Shown: positions 1-9,639, counted from the first letter of the stretch. The stretch: 64,000 nucleotides of DNA from Brevundimonas sp. (GCF_036676055.1 NZ_JAKFDS010000004.1:6094-70093); one strand, 5' to 3'. The notes: generated by a model not told the origin, from the sequence alone. Numbers and translations: made by a program.

Positions 1-1
1 C

Positions 2-1552
2 AACCTCGATTTGTTCAACGCCTCGGTCGAAGGCCTCACCGCAGCCCGGGTGAACCAGGCCCTGCAGCCAGTGTTCGAAGGCGGCGGCCCTCTGGCCCTC
101 GTCGTCACGCCGGTTGAAATCGAGGGCGGCGAAGCCGCCGTCACGGCGGCGCTCGAAGCCTCGCGTCAGGTTCAGGTGACCGCCCCCGCGGCGCAGGCCG
201 CGCTCGACTGGCCCTATGCCAGCTTCGGCCCGGCCGGCGCTGTCGAGGATCGCCGCGAAATCCCGGAACTGGGCGCGACTGTCATCACCTTCGGCAACGG
301 CGTCCGCCTGACCGTCAAGCCGACCGACTTCCGCGACGAGCAGATCCTCGTCAGCGTCCGTACCGGCATCGGCGAACTTGGCCTGCCCGTTGACCGGTCG
401 GACCCGCAGTCGCTGGCGCCGCTGGTCTTCACCCAAGGCGGTCTCGGCAAGCTGACGGCGGACGAAGTCAGCCGCGTGCTGAACGGCCGCATCTATTCGG
501 CGGACTTTGGGGTCGATAGCGACACCTACAGCCTGTCCGGCGCGACCCGGCCGCAGGACTTCGGGCTCGAGATGCAGGTTCTGACCGCCTACCTGACCGA
601 TCCTGGTCTGCGGCCCGCGCCGTTCCAACAGATCAAGGCCTTCTTCCCGCAGATCATCGCCCAGCAGATGGCCACGCCGGGCGGCGCCTTCCAGCTGCAG
701 GCGTCTGGTCTGCTGGCCCGCGGCGACAAGCGCCAGTCCTTCCCCGGCGCCGAGGATGTCGCGGCCTGGACCATCGAGGACATGCGCGCCGGCGTGACCC
801 GGGGCCTCGCCTCGGGTCCGATCGATGTCATTGTCGTCGGTGACGTCACCGTAGAAGACGCCATCGCCGCCGTCGCCCCGACCTTCGGCGCGCTGCCCCC
901 CCGGGGGCCGGACGCCCCGCCGGCGCCCGGCGCAACCGAATTGCGATTCCCCGCCGGCGTGGCGGAGCCCGTTCGCCTGACCCACACCGGCCCAGCCGAA
1001 CAGGCCCTTGCCTATATCGCCTGGCCGACCACCGACGCCGTCGACGACCGGACCGAAGCGCGTCAGGTCTCGATCCTGTCCGAGGTGCTCAAGCTCCGCG
1101 TGCTTGAGGAAATCCGCGAGAAACAGGCCCTAGCCTACTCGCCCGGCGTCGGCGCCAGCGCCTCGGACGTGTTCGAGGGCTACGGCTCAATCTCGATCAC
1201 GGCCCAGACCGCTGCGGACACGCTGCCGGCTTTCTACGCGGCGGTCGATTCGATCGTGACCGGTCTGAGGGACGCGCCGGTCGAGGAGGATGAGCTGAAC
1301 CGCGCCCGCCTTCCGGTGATCGAATCGCTTCGCCGCAACCAGGCGGGCAACGAATACTGGCTGGGCCAACTCGCCGACGTCGCGACGAGGCCGGAAGACG
1401 TCGAACAAACGTTGACCCACATCTCCGACCTTGAGGCGATCACTCCGGCCGACATCCAGCGTCTGGCGCGCCAGTACCTGCGTGCAGATACAGCCTGGCG
1501 CGCAACGGTCATGTCCTCGCAGTCGACCGACGCCGCCGCAGCGGCCCAATAA
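2..1552 (+). CDS. M16 (insulinase/pitrilysin) family peptidase, C-terminal part; the 5' end lies upstream of the window
   Basis: The frame is open from the window edge to the stop at 1550-1552 and has high GC3. The translation resembles the tandem M16 domains of secreted alphaproteobacterial insulinase-like proteases (family recalled from memory). Confidence 0.6.
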   Translation, partial: NLDLFNASVEGLTAARVNQALQPVFEGGGPLALVVTPVEIEGGEAAVTAALEASRQVQVTAPAAQAALDWPYASFGPAGAVEDRREIPELGATVITFGNGVRLTVKPTDFRDEQILVSVRTGIGELGLPVDRSDPQSLAPLVFTQGGLGKLTADEVSRVLNGRIYSADFGVDSDTYSLSGATRPQDFGLEMQVLTAYLTDPGLRPAPFQQIKAFFPQIIAQQMATPGGAFQLQASGLLARGDKRQSFPGAEDVAAWTIEDMRAGVTRGLASGPIDVIVVGDVTVEDAIAAVAPTFGALPPRGPDAPPAPGATELRFPAGVAEPVRLTHTGPAEQALAYIAWPTTDAVDDRTEARQVSILSEVLKLRVLEEIREKQALAYSPGVGASASDVFEGYGSISITAQTAADTLPAFYAAVDSIVTGLRDAPVEEDELNRARLPVIESLRRNQAGNEYWLGQLADVATRPEDVEQTLTHISDLEAITPADIQRLARQYLRADTAWRATVMSSQSTDAAAAAQ

Positions 1553-1559
1553 GAGGACG

Positions 1560-1591
1560 AAAAAAGGCCCCGGTCCTTGCGGATCGGGGCC
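1560..1591 (-). terminator. Intrinsic terminator downstream of the 1683-2558 gene
   Basis: A 7-bp GC stem, GGCCCCG (1566-1572) / CGGGGCC (1585-1591), is followed on the minus strand by a T6 run (plus-strand A run 1560-1565). Confidence 0.55.
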
Positions 1592-1682
1592 AGTCGCTTC
1601 TCAGGATCGTCGACAGAGCCGACGAAGACACCCTACCGATGGCGGGATGACGCCGGGCTGAATGCCGGTGTCGGGTTCCGCG

Positions 1683-2558
1683 TCAGAATACCCGTCCGCC
1701 GACGCCGCCATCCAGGGTCATGGACGCGCCCGACACGGCGACGCCGGCCTCTTCGACCACTTCCTCGCGGTACTCGGTGTAGATCTCCTCCCGGACCATG
1801 GTCAGGATCTTCACGCCGGCGCCGTAGCGGCGCAGCAGCGAACGCTCGTTGCATTCGCGCTCGGCCCTCTGGGCGCGGCATTCAACCTGGCCTCCACGGC
1901 CGTGCCACAGGGCCTCGCCCTTGCGACAGTCCATGGTCTCGCCATGCCCGAATTCCGCATCGCCGGTGTACTCGGCCCAGGAATACTGAAGCCGGGTTCC
2001 GGCAAGGCACCGGTACAGTTCGCCCTCATAGTCGCCATGGACGTCCCGGTCCGGCCTTACCTGCGAGGCCGGGTGCGGTACGTTACGATCATCAATGCAG
2101 AAGGCGCGGATAACCACCCGCTTCTCCCAGCGTCGACGCGCCTCATAGGGCACCCGGATGATCTGGCGGACACGGGCGCCCTCGACCGTCAGGCCGTTGA
2201 TCGTGGTGGGATAGGGTTGGTCGACCGTCACATAGGCGGAGCCGCCGCCGGAAACCCAAACGCTGCCTCCGGCACGGGCGTTAAGGCCGGCCCGGCTGCG
2301 GGCGCCGGCCTCGGCGCTGGCGTTGACGTTCACATTGACATTGAAGTCGCCGCCGCCGCCGCAGCACGGCGGCGCCGGCGGTTGCTCGCAGCACGGCGGC
2401 GGAGGCGGGGGCGGCGGAGGCGGGGGCGGAGGCTCGCAGCAGGGCGGCGGCGGCGGCGGGCACACCGGCCCGCATTGCGCCGCGGCGGTTCCGGCGATCG
2501 CCGTCACGACGACGAAGGTCGCCACGCCCGGCGTCCAGTTCATGATCCGCACCCGCAT
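1683..2558 (-). CDS. Secreted Cys/Pro-rich protein of unknown function
   Basis: There is an N-terminal signal peptide (..VVVTAIAGTAAA/QC). Three CC-flanked proline runs follow (CPPPPPPCCEPPPPPPPPPPPPPCCEQPPAPPCC), then an NVNVNV tract, then a ~200-aa Cys-containing globular part. GC3 is high. Confidence 0.7.
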   Translation of the reverse strand: MRVRIMNWTPGVATFVVVTAIAGTAAAQCGPVCPPPPPPCCEPPPPPPPPPPPPPCCEQPPAPPCCGGGGDFNVNVNVNASAEAGARSRAGLNARAGGSVWVSGGGSAYVTVDQPYPTTINGLTVEGARVRQIIRVPYEARRRWEKRVVIRAFCIDDRNVPHPASQVRPDRDVHGDYEGELYRCLAGTRLQYSWAEYTGDAEFGHGETMDCRKGEALWHGRGGQVECRAQRAERECNERSLLRRYGAGVKILTMVREEIYTEYREEVVEEAGVAVSGASMTLDGGVGGRVF

Positions 2559-2699
2559 GGGCCGACCTCCAGGTCAATTCGCTCGCGCCCGCGCAATTCG
2601 CAGGCCGCTCCAGCCCGCATCTCACCGCAAAAGCCTTTCGTTTCCGTTGCTTTTCGCCCGGCCCGCTCCTTGCGGGCAGAGCGGCCAGAGGCCCAGGCG

Positions 2700-3239
2700 A
2701 TGTTTCACCCTGATACGCAATTCCTGATCGACCACTGGACGTCCCTGGCGGGGCGCCCCGAGTCGCGTGGAGGAATCCCAAATCGCGCGGATGTGGAACC
2801 TGACGCCCTGGGCCTGCGCCTGCCGCGCGCTTTCGTCGCCCGTCGGACGGGTGAAGACGCCATCATCCGGTTGGCAGGAAGCTGGATCGAAGGTTTTCAC
2901 GGCGAGGCCCTGAAGGGTCACTCCCTGCTGTCGCTCTGGCGCGCCGCGTCCCGGCCTCTGGTGTCCACTGCCCTGACCCAGACGGTCCGCGAGGGGCGGC
3001 CGGTCGTGGTCGTGGCCCTCGCCGGCGCCATCGCCACCCAGATCGAGGTCACCCTGCTGCCGCTGCGCGGCCCCTCCGGCGAACCGGACAGGCTGCTGGG
3101 GCTCTATGCCCCCGCCGCGACCCTGACCCTGGCGACGGATGAGCCACGACTTCTGACCGCCCGGGTGTCGATCGGCGTGGGCGAGGCCGCGCGGGCGCCG
3201 CTTAGCCTCGCCGCGCTGCATGGCCGTCGGATCGCCTGA
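2700..3239 (+). CDS. PAS domain-containing protein (PAS_5/DUF1457-like)
   Basis: An internal ATG at 2700 of the long ORF 1662-3239 gives 179 aa (MFHPDTQFLIDHW...). This matches small stand-alone PAS_5 proteins common in alphaproteobacteria. The upstream part of that ORF is antisense to the 1683-2558 gene. Confidence 0.6.
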   Translation: MFHPDTQFLIDHWTSLAGRPESRGGIPNRADVEPDALGLRLPRAFVARRTGEDAIIRLAGSWIEGFHGEALKGHSLLSLWRAASRPLVSTALTQTVREGRPVVVVALAGAIATQIEVTLLPLRGPSGEPDRLLGLYAPAATLTLATDEPRLLTARVSIGVGEAARAPLSLAALHGRRIA

Positions 3240-3302
3240 CCAGCCCTGTTACATGATGTCAGCCCCGACAGAGGGCTGATCCCTTCCCTCCCCTCACCGG
3301 CC

Positions 3303-4553
3303 ATGCATAGCCTCATCCTCAGCCTTTGGCCGGGGGGGACGCCAATGCACATGACCATCACTGAGGTCTTCCTGATCGCCATGCTGATCATATTCAGCGT
3401 GCCGTATCTCGTCTGGCGGGTGTTCAGAACCGACTATTGGGCTCCGCTGGTCGTGGTGCAGATCATCGGCGGCATCCTGCTGGGGCCCGGCGTTCTCGGT
3501 GCGGCCTTCCCCGACTATTACGGCTTCGTCTTCACCAAGGAGGTCGTCACGGCTCTGAACGGGATCGCGTGGTGGGCGGTGATGATCTTCGTCTGGATCG
3601 CCGGAATCGAGCTGGACCTCAAACAGGCGTGGAAGCACAGGGGCGAGACCGGCGTCACCGCGGGTCTGGCGCTGGCCGTACCCCTCGGTTTCGGCGCCAT
3701 GGCCGCCATGACCATGCTGGCCACGAGCCCGGGCTGGGCCGGGCCGGCGGGTCAGACCTGGCAGGTAGTGCTGGGCATCGGCATGGCCTGCGCCGTCACC
3801 GCGCTGCCGATCCTCGTCCTCCTGATGGAAAAGCTCGACATCCTGCGGCAGCCGCTGGGCCAGCGGATCCTCCGCTACGCCAGCCTGGACGACGTCGCCA
3901 TCTGGGGCGTGCTGGCGCTCATCCTCCTCGACTGGGAGCGCATCGGCCGGCAGGGAGCCTTCCTCGTCGGCTTCGCCGCCGCGACCATCGCCATCCGCAT
4001 GATCATGCGGCGGATCCCACGGCCGGACCGGTGGTACGTATCGCTGATCTGGCTGGCCGCCTGCGGCTTCGCCGCCGACTGGGCGGGCCTGCATTACATG
4101 GTCGGCGCCTTCCTGTCCGGCGCCGTGCTGGATTCGGACTGGTTCGACCAGAAGCAGATGGACCAGTTCCGCCACAACATCCTGCTGGCCGTAATGCCGG
4201 TGTTCTTCCTGTCCACCGGCTTGCGCACCCAGTGGGACGTGGGCGGCCTGATGGTCTTCGGCGCGGCCGCGCTGCTGCTGGTCGCCTCGGTGGCCGGCAA
4301 GCTGCTGGGCATCCGGATCGCCGGCAGGATTCTCAAATGGGAGAAGGGCGAGGCCTCGATCATCGGCTGGTTGTTGCAGACCAAAGCCCTGATCATGATC
4401 ATCTTCGTCAACATCCTGCTCGACAAGCAGATCATCACCAATGAGACCTTCACCGCCCTGCTGCTGATGGCGCTGGCCTCGACGATGCTGACCATTCCGG
4501 TGGTTGCGCCCAAGCTCCGGCGCCTGTCCGGGCTGCTGACGAAAACCAGTTAG
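3303..4553 (+). CDS. Cation:proton antiporter (CPA2 / Na+/H+ exchanger family)
   Basis: The protein is polytopic (about 12 hydrophobic segments) with CPA2-like motifs ([14 protein letters not shown]). The start could instead be the ATG at 3345 (MHMTITEV). Confidence 0.75.
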   Translation: MHSLILSLWPGGTPMHMTITEVFLIAMLIIFSVPYLVWRVFRTDYWAPLVVVQIIGGILLGPGVLGAAFPDYYGFVFTKEVVTALNGIAWWAVMIFVWIAGIELDLKQAWKHRGETGVTAGLALAVPLGFGAMAAMTMLATSPGWAGPAGQTWQVVLGIGMACAVTALPILVLLMEKLDILRQPLGQRILRYASLDDVAIWGVLALILLDWERIGRQGAFLVGFAAATIAIRMIMRRIPRPDRWYVSLIWLAACGFAADWAGLHYMVGAFLSGAVLDSDWFDQKQMDQFRHNILLAVMPVFFLSTGLRTQWDVGGLMVFGAAALLLVASVAGKLLGIRIAGRILKWEKGEASIIGWLLQTKALIMIIFVNILLDKQIITNETFTALLLMALASTMLTIPVVAPKLRRLSGLLTKTS

Positions 4554-5083
4554 CCAGCCGGCGTCAGATCGCTGACATAGCGCTTCCAGTTCTGCACATA
4601 GTGGGCGGCCGAGGCCCTGAGCGCCTCGATCTGTCCCGACTCCAGCGTCCGCACCACCTTGCCCGGCTGACCCATGACCAGCGAACCGTCGGGGATGACC
4701 TTACCCTCGGTGATCAGGGTGTTCGCGCCGATCAGGCAGTTCTTGCCGATCCTGGCGCGACCCAGCACCACTGATCCGATGCCGATCAGGGTGTTGTCGC
4801 CGATCTCGCAGCTGTGGAGCATGACCATATGCCCCACGGTCACGCCGTCGCCGATGGTCAGCGGTTCGCCGGGATCCGAATGCAGTACGCTTCCGTCCTG
4901 GATATTGGTGTCTCGCCCGATCGTGATCGGATCGTTGTCGCCCCGAACCGTCGCGCCGAACCAGACGCTGGCGCCCGGCTTGAGAATCACGTCTCCTATG
5001 ACGGTCGCAGTCGGCGCGATCCAGTATTCGCCCTGAGGCGGTAGCTGCGGTTGCTTGTCACCGAGACCGTAAACATTCATCAC
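4550..5083 (-). CDS. Gamma carbonic anhydrase family protein (left-handed beta-helix)
   Basis: Hexapeptide repeats and the motif [28 protein letters not shown] are typical of the gamma-CA/YrdA family. Confidence 0.85.
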   Translation of the reverse strand: MMNVYGLGDKQPQLPPQGEYWIAPTATVIGDVILKPGASVWFGATVRGDNDPITIGRDTNIQDGSVLHSDPGEPLTIGDGVTVGHMVMLHSCEIGDNTLIGIGSVVLGRARIGKNCLIGANTLITEGKVIPDGSLVMGQPGKVVRTLESGQIEALRASAAHYVQNWKRYVSDLTPAG

Positions 5084-5146
5084 AACACCGTCATTTCTAA
5101 AGAAAACAAGGGCTTTAAGCTCTCGTAAACCACGCTAGCATCAGAG

Positions 5147-5364
5147 TGTAGATGCGATTCGGGGTCGCCATTTCGGTCCCGAGTCCGAAGCCGGATCAAG
5201 CCCGGTCCGGCCAGACCCAGGAGAGCGCGCGTGACGCGTTCTGGTCGGCGGGTATTCCCGCTGGAAGTTGGACCTTCCTCCGACCCGGGCGGGTGCGTTG
5301 CATCCTCTGTCTCCCTCCTCCCCACCTTCGTTCGAGGCGATGCTTTTACGGCGTCGCCTTTTTT
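5147..5364 (+). ncRNA. Candidate small RNA or 5' leader with CCUCCUCCC anti-SD motif
   Basis: A weak promoter-like pair (TTTAAGC 5114-5120, N13, GCTAGCAT 5134-5141) lies upstream. A CU-rich unpaired tract contains CCTCCTCCC (5314-5322), and a second CCTTCCTCC sits at 5273-5281. A strong intrinsic terminator ends the unit. No plus-strand gene lies upstream. The 5' end is a guess. Confidence 0.35.
5335..5364 (+). terminator. Intrinsic terminator 19 nt upstream of the phoH start codon
   Basis: A 9-bp stem, AGGCGATGC (5335-5343) / GCGTCGCCT (5351-5359, one G-U pair), has a 7-nt loop. It is followed by a T6 run (5359-5364). There is no U-tract on the opposite strand. Confidence 0.7.
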
Positions 5365-5382
5365 CATGCCCTGGAGGCGTCC

Positions 5383-6162
5383 ATGACCAAGCGTGCGGCA
5401 ATCAAGCGTCAGACCCGTGAAATGTCCCGTGAACACGGCGTTCTGGATTCGCGACAATTCATCGAGGACGCCAAGGTGCGGCGCCTTCCGACCCACGCCG
5501 GCTGGTCGCCCTATCCCTCCAATGACGATCGGGACCAGGCCTATCTGAAAACACTCAAGCCGAAGTCCGACGGCCAGGCCGAGCTGATGACCGCCATCGA
5601 CCATCACAACATGGTCCTGGCCCTCGGGCCCGCAGGCACGGGCAAGACCTATCTGGCCGTCGCCAAGGCCGTCGAGGCGCTCGAGGCGGGCAAGGTCGGG
5701 CGAATCGTCCTGTCCCGCCCGGCGGTTGAGGCCGGCGAATCGATCGGGTTCCTGCCGGGCGACATGGAAGACAAGCTCGCGCCCTATCTGCGCCCCCTCT
5801 ACGACGCGCTGTCGGACCGGTTGTCGATGAAGCGGGTCAAGGCGCTGATGGCCGAGGGCCTGATCGAAATCGCGCCGATCGGCTATATGCGCGGCCGCAC
5901 TCTGAACAACGCCTTCATCGTCGTCGACGAGGCCCAGAACTGCACCTACGTCCAGCTGAAGATGCTGCTGACGCGGCTGGGCTGGCACTCGACCATGGTG
6001 GTGACCGGCGATCCGCAACAGTCGGACCTGCTGCCCGGCATCTCCGGCCTCTCGGACATCGCAGAACGGCTCGGGCCGGTGCCGGACATCGCGGTGGTGC
6101 GCCTGGCCGAACAGGACATCGTTCGCCACCCGCTGGTGGCCAGCATGATCGGCGTGCTCTGA
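5383..6162 (+). CDS. phoH: PhoH family ATPase
   Basis: It has a Walker A motif (GPAGTGKTYLAV) and a PhoH core (RIVLSRPAVEAGESIGFLPGD...VVDEAQN...TGDPQQSDL). The ATG at 5383 is preceded by GGAGG at 5372-5376. The in-frame upstream extension from 5152 is rejected. Confidence 0.85.
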   Translation: MTKRAAIKRQTREMSREHGVLDSRQFIEDAKVRRLPTHAGWSPYPSNDDRDQAYLKTLKPKSDGQAELMTAIDHHNMVLALGPAGTGKTYLAVAKAVEALEAGKVGRIVLSRPAVEAGESIGFLPGDMEDKLAPYLRPLYDALSDRLSMKRVKALMAEGLIEIAPIGYMRGRTLNNAFIVVDEAQNCTYVQLKMLLTRLGWHSTMVVTGDPQQSDLLPGISGLSDIAERLGPVPDIAVVRLAEQDIVRHPLVASMIGVL

Positions 6163-6174
6163 CGGATCAGGAGA

Positions 6175-7431
6175 TCAGGCCGTCGCGGGATTCGGCGCGG
6201 CGGCCTCTTCCTTCGCCAGGGCGATCCCCTCCGGAGACCCGCTCGCCGGCGGCCGGGGCCGGGCCCCGATCCGGTCGATGAAGGCGAATACAAAGGGATT
6301 GAGCGAGATCGACAGCAGGGCCGCGGCGAGTATCAGGTCGCGCGTTTCCGAACTGATGCCGCCGAGACTGACCCCCAGAGCCGCGAGAATGAAGGAGAAC
6401 TCCCCGATTTGGGCGAGGGCGGCGGCGACGGTGAGGCTGGTCGCGCGGTCCAGCTTGAAGATGGCCGTGATGGCCAGGGCGGCAAGGGACTTGCCCACGA
6501 TGACGATCCCGAGCACGCCAAGCACCGCCAGCGGCTCGCGCACGAGGATGGTGGGGTCGAACAGCATGCCCACCGAGACGAAGAACAGCACCGCGAAGGC
6601 GTCGCGCAGGGGCAAGGACCGCTCGGCCGCATTGTGCCCCAGCGGCGAACTGTTCAGCACAAGCCCGGCGAGGAACGCCCCCAGCGCAAACGAGTGGAAC
6701 AACTGATAGGCGGCCCAGGCGATGCCGAGGGCGATGGCCAGTACGCCCAGGGTGAACAGTTCGCGCGACCGCGTGTGGGCGATCCGGATCAACAGCCACG
6801 GCAGGACCCGGGTCCCAACGACCAGCATGAAGGTCACAAAGCCGGCCACCTTCAGCAAGGTCCATCCGATCGACTGCGCCAGCGCAAGGGCGCTCACGGT
6901 CTCGCCCGTACCCGCGACCAGCAAAGGCAGGATGACGAGAGCGAGGACGATCACGAGATCCTCGACGATCAGCCAGCCCATGGCGATACGGCCGACCTCG
7001 GCCTTGACCTGTTTTCGCTCCTCGAGTGCGCGCAACAGCACAACCGTGGAGGCCACCGACAGGGCGAACCCCATCAGCACGGCTTCCAGATCGCCCATGC
7101 CCATCAACCGGCCCATGCCCCAGCCGAGGCCCGTGGCCGCGCCGATCTGAACGAGAGCGCCCGGGATAGCGATCTTGCGGACCTTCATGAGGTCGACCAA
7201 CGAGAAATGCAGCCCGACGCCGAACATCAGCAGGATGACGCCGACTTCCGCCAGTTGCGGCGCCAATTCCGTGTCCGCGACAAACCCCGCCGTGTACGGC
7301 CCGACGACGACGCCCGCGACCAGATAGCCGACGAGCGGTGAAAGCTTCAGCCGGTTGGCCAGCATCCCGAACACGAAGGCCAGCACAAAGCCGCCGACCA
7401 GGGTGAGAATCAGGCTGTCGGCATGCGGCAT
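6175..7431 (-). CDS. Cation:proton antiporter (CPA2, KefB/YbaL-like membrane domain, no TrkA-N domain)
   Basis: The protein is polytopic, and its N-terminus (LTLVGGFVLAFVFGMLANRLKLSPLVGYLVAGVVVGP) is typical of Kef-type CPA2 transporters. Confidence 0.8.
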   Translation of the reverse strand: MPHADSLILTLVGGFVLAFVFGMLANRLKLSPLVGYLVAGVVVGPYTAGFVADTELAPQLAEVGVILLMFGVGLHFSLVDLMKVRKIAIPGALVQIGAATGLGWGMGRLMGMGDLEAVLMGFALSVASTVVLLRALEERKQVKAEVGRIAMGWLIVEDLVIVLALVILPLLVAGTGETVSALALAQSIGWTLLKVAGFVTFMLVVGTRVLPWLLIRIAHTRSRELFTLGVLAIALGIAWAAYQLFHSFALGAFLAGLVLNSSPLGHNAAERSLPLRDAFAVLFFVSVGMLFDPTILVREPLAVLGVLGIVIVGKSLAALAITAIFKLDRATSLTVAAALAQIGEFSFILAALGVSLGGISSETRDLILAAALLSISLNPFVFAFIDRIGARPRPPASGSPEGIALAKEEAAAPNPATA

Positions 7432-7598
7432 CGGCGCTCCTTGCAGCGGCGGGGGGTCTCGGCGGGGAGACCGGACATTTGAGGGCTGCCGCGCTCCGGC
7501 GCAAGCATCGTCGCCTGATGCAACCGCGCGACACGATTGCCCCTTCGCGCCCGCCGCCTAGGCTGCTAACCGGACGGTCTCACCTTTCAGCGACCCGA

Positions 7599-8105
7599 AT
7601 GAAAATCCCACGCATCGCCCTGGCCGCCTACGGCTTCGCCATCCTGATCGTCGTCGTCGACCAACTGACCAAGGCCTGGGTGCTCTCCGGCCTCGACCTG
7701 CGCGAGATGGGCCGCGTGGCGGTCTGGCCGCCCCTCTTCAACTTCACCTGGGTCGAGAACCGGGGCGTCAGCTTCGGCCTGTTCGGCGACGGTTCGGCGC
7801 GGTGGATGCTCAGCGCCTTCTCCATCGTCGTGGCGGGGATTCTGGGCTGGTGGGCGCTAAAGGCCGACCGCCGCCTGCTGGTGACCGCCATTGGCCTGAT
7901 CATGGGCGGCGCGGTCGGCAATGTGATCGACCGCATCCGCTTCGGTTTCGTGGTCGACTTCCTCGACTTCTCGGGGACCGGCTTCTTTCCGTGGGTCTTC
8001 AACGTCGCCGACAGCGCCATCACCATCGGCGTCGTCCTGCTCATCCTTGACAGCGTCCTTTCCGAAAGGGCCGCCAAGGTTGGCGTGGCCGCTGAAAAGT
8101 CGTAA
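7599..8105 (+). CDS. lspA: Signal peptidase II (lipoprotein signal peptidase)
   Basis: LspA motifs are present: DQLTK, VENRGVSFG, GGAVGNVIDR, FNVADSAI. The ATG at 7599 (MKIPR) is chosen over the longer ORF start. Confidence 0.9.
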   Translation: MKIPRIALAAYGFAILIVVVDQLTKAWVLSGLDLREMGRVAVWPPLFNFTWVENRGVSFGLFGDGSARWMLSAFSIVVAGILGWWALKADRRLLVTAIGLIMGGAVGNVIDRIRFGFVVDFLDFSGTGFFPWVFNVADSAITIGVVLLILDSVLSERAAKVGVAAEKS

Positions 8106-8165
8106 TCAGCCGCTTCCTCTAGGGTTTACGCGCGCGCCTTCTGGCGCGCCCAGCCGAGATTGACC

Positions 8166-8729
8166 ATGCGCCTTACCCGCACCGCCGTCCTGACCCTCGC
8201 CGCATCGGCCCTCGTGCTGGGCGGGTGCAACTCGGTGCGCAACAGCATCGGCCTGACCAAGGTCACTCCGGATGAATTCCTGACGGTCTCCACCGCCCCC
8301 CTGACCGTGCCGCCGGAATACGGCCTGCGCCCGCCGGCGCCGGGTCAACCGCGTCCGCAGGAACTGGCGCCGGAGTCGGCCGCCCGTCAAATCCTCCTCG
8401 GTCAGCGGCAGGCCGTGACCCGTTCGCCCGGCGAGCAGATCCTGGTCGCCCAGGCCGGCGGCGACCGCGCCGATCCCCTCGCCCGCTATGTGGTCGACGA
8501 CGAGTTCGGCGATCTGGCTCACAAGGAAGAAGGCTGGGCCAACCGCATTCTGTTCTGGCGCCGCGACGACGCCGCCTCCCAGGCGCCGACCACCAGCCAG
8601 ACCGCCAACGGCGCGGTGACCATCGACGCCGCCAGCGAGTACGCCCGGCTTCAGGCCCTGACCGGCGGCCGGGCCGGCATCGTCATCGCGCCGCGCCGCG
8701 ACACCGGCTTCAAGCTGCCTGGTCTGTAG
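8166..8729 (+). CDS. DUF3035-type lipoprotein (BamF-like)
   Basis: It has a lipobox (LVLGGC) and the motif KVTPDEFLTVSTAPLTVPPEYGLRPP, typical of the alphaproteobacterial DUF3035 family. The BamF link is from memory. Confidence 0.6.
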   Translation: MRLTRTAVLTLAASALVLGGCNSVRNSIGLTKVTPDEFLTVSTAPLTVPPEYGLRPPAPGQPRPQELAPESAARQILLGQRQAVTRSPGEQILVAQAGGDRADPLARYVVDDEFGDLAHKEEGWANRILFWRRDDAASQAPTTSQTANGAVTIDAASEYARLQALTGGRAGIVIAPRRDTGFKLPGL

Positions 8730-8733
8730 GATC

Positions 8734-9639
8734 TCAGGCCTTTGCGGCCCCGGCCCTGAGGCCCCGCTCCGCAAGGGCCACGACGGCGACTCCGCCGATG
8801 GTGAGGGTCGCCCCGGCGAGGATCTGGGCCGTGAGCACATCGCCCATGAACAGCCAGCCGATCAGGATTGAGACTACCGGCGTGGCCAGCAGATAGGGCG
8901 TGACTCGCCCGGCTTCGCGCTTCTGGACCAGCCAGAAGACCAGTGTGGTGGCCAGCACCGACGACACCAGACCCGCCCAGATGACGCAGGCCCAGACGAG
9001 GGCGTCGGCGTCGCGGATCGCCTGCATCTGCCCCTCTTCGAAGACAGCCGAACCGAAGGCCAGACCAGGCAGGGCCACGAGCGCCAGCAGGCCCTGCATC
9101 TTCAGCGGAGGAATCGAGGTCGTCCGTCGGGCAATCACCGTCGTCATCGCCCAAGCGGCGCTGGCCGCGATCCCGACGAGGATGGCCTTCCAGTCCGCGA
9201 TGGCGTGAGGATCCAGCGTCATCCAGGCCACGCCGAGGAAGGCGACACCCATGCCGATCAGAGCGAAGCGCGATAGCCGCTCCCCGAGGAGCAGAAAGGC
9301 GAACAGGGCGGTGAACGGCACCCACAATTGCGCTGCAACCGAGACCGGGCTCACGTCCTGCGCCAGCCAGAAGGCCAGGTAGATCAGGCCATAGTGGATC
9401 GGTCCGCCGAGCCCGACGATGATCAGCAGGCTCTTCCAGTTCGGAAACGGCGGCCGCACAAACGGAATCAGGCAGGCGGCGGCGATGCCAAAGCGGAGCG
9501 CGCCGGTCAGCAGCGGCGGCAGGGTCTCGGTCGCCTGTTTGGCCGCCGCATTATTGACCCCCCAGATCACGACCACCGCAATAATGGCGGCGATCTCGAC
9601 GAGGGAGAGCGGACTGTGCGGCTTGTCGGGCGTGATCAC
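8734..9639 (-). CDS. DMT superfamily (EamA-like) transporter
   Basis: It has ten hydrophobic segments arranged as two EamA-like halves. Confidence 0.8.
   Translation of the reverse strand: MITPDKPHSPLSLVEIAAIIAVVVIWGVNNAAAKQATETLPPLLTGALRFGIAAACLIPFVRPPFPNWKSLLIIVGLGGPIHYGLIYLAFWLAQDVSPVSVAAQLWVPFTALFAFLLLGERLSRFALIGMGVAFLGVAWMTLDPHAIADWKAILVGIAASAAWAMTTVIARRTTSIPPLKMQGLLALVALPGLAFGSAVFEEGQMQAIRDADALVWACVIWAGLVSSVLATTLVFWLVQKREAGRVTPYLLATPVVSILIGWLFMGDVLTAQILAGATLTIGGVAVVALAERGLRAGAAKA

Noticed and set aside
2323-2727. A poly-glycine ORF (…GGGGGGGGGGGGSQQGGGGGGH…)
   Set aside because: It is the mirror image of the polyproline/CC-coding tract of the minus-strand gene and has no independent coding signal.
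1662-3239. A 525-aa ORF spanning the whole region
   Set aside because: Its first ~345 codons are antisense to the well-supported secreted-protein gene (1683-2558) and have an Arg/Gly/Ala-rich junk composition. Only the last 179 codons, from the ATG at 2700, look like a real PAS_5-like protein.
5152-5382. An in-frame 77-codon N-terminal extension of phoH
   Set aside because: The extension runs through a strong intrinsic terminator and a CU-rich tract. Its composition is Cys/Trp/Arg-rich and its GC3 drops in the second half. The ATG at 5383 has a good GGAGG SD. I interpret the region as non-coding RNA or leader instead.
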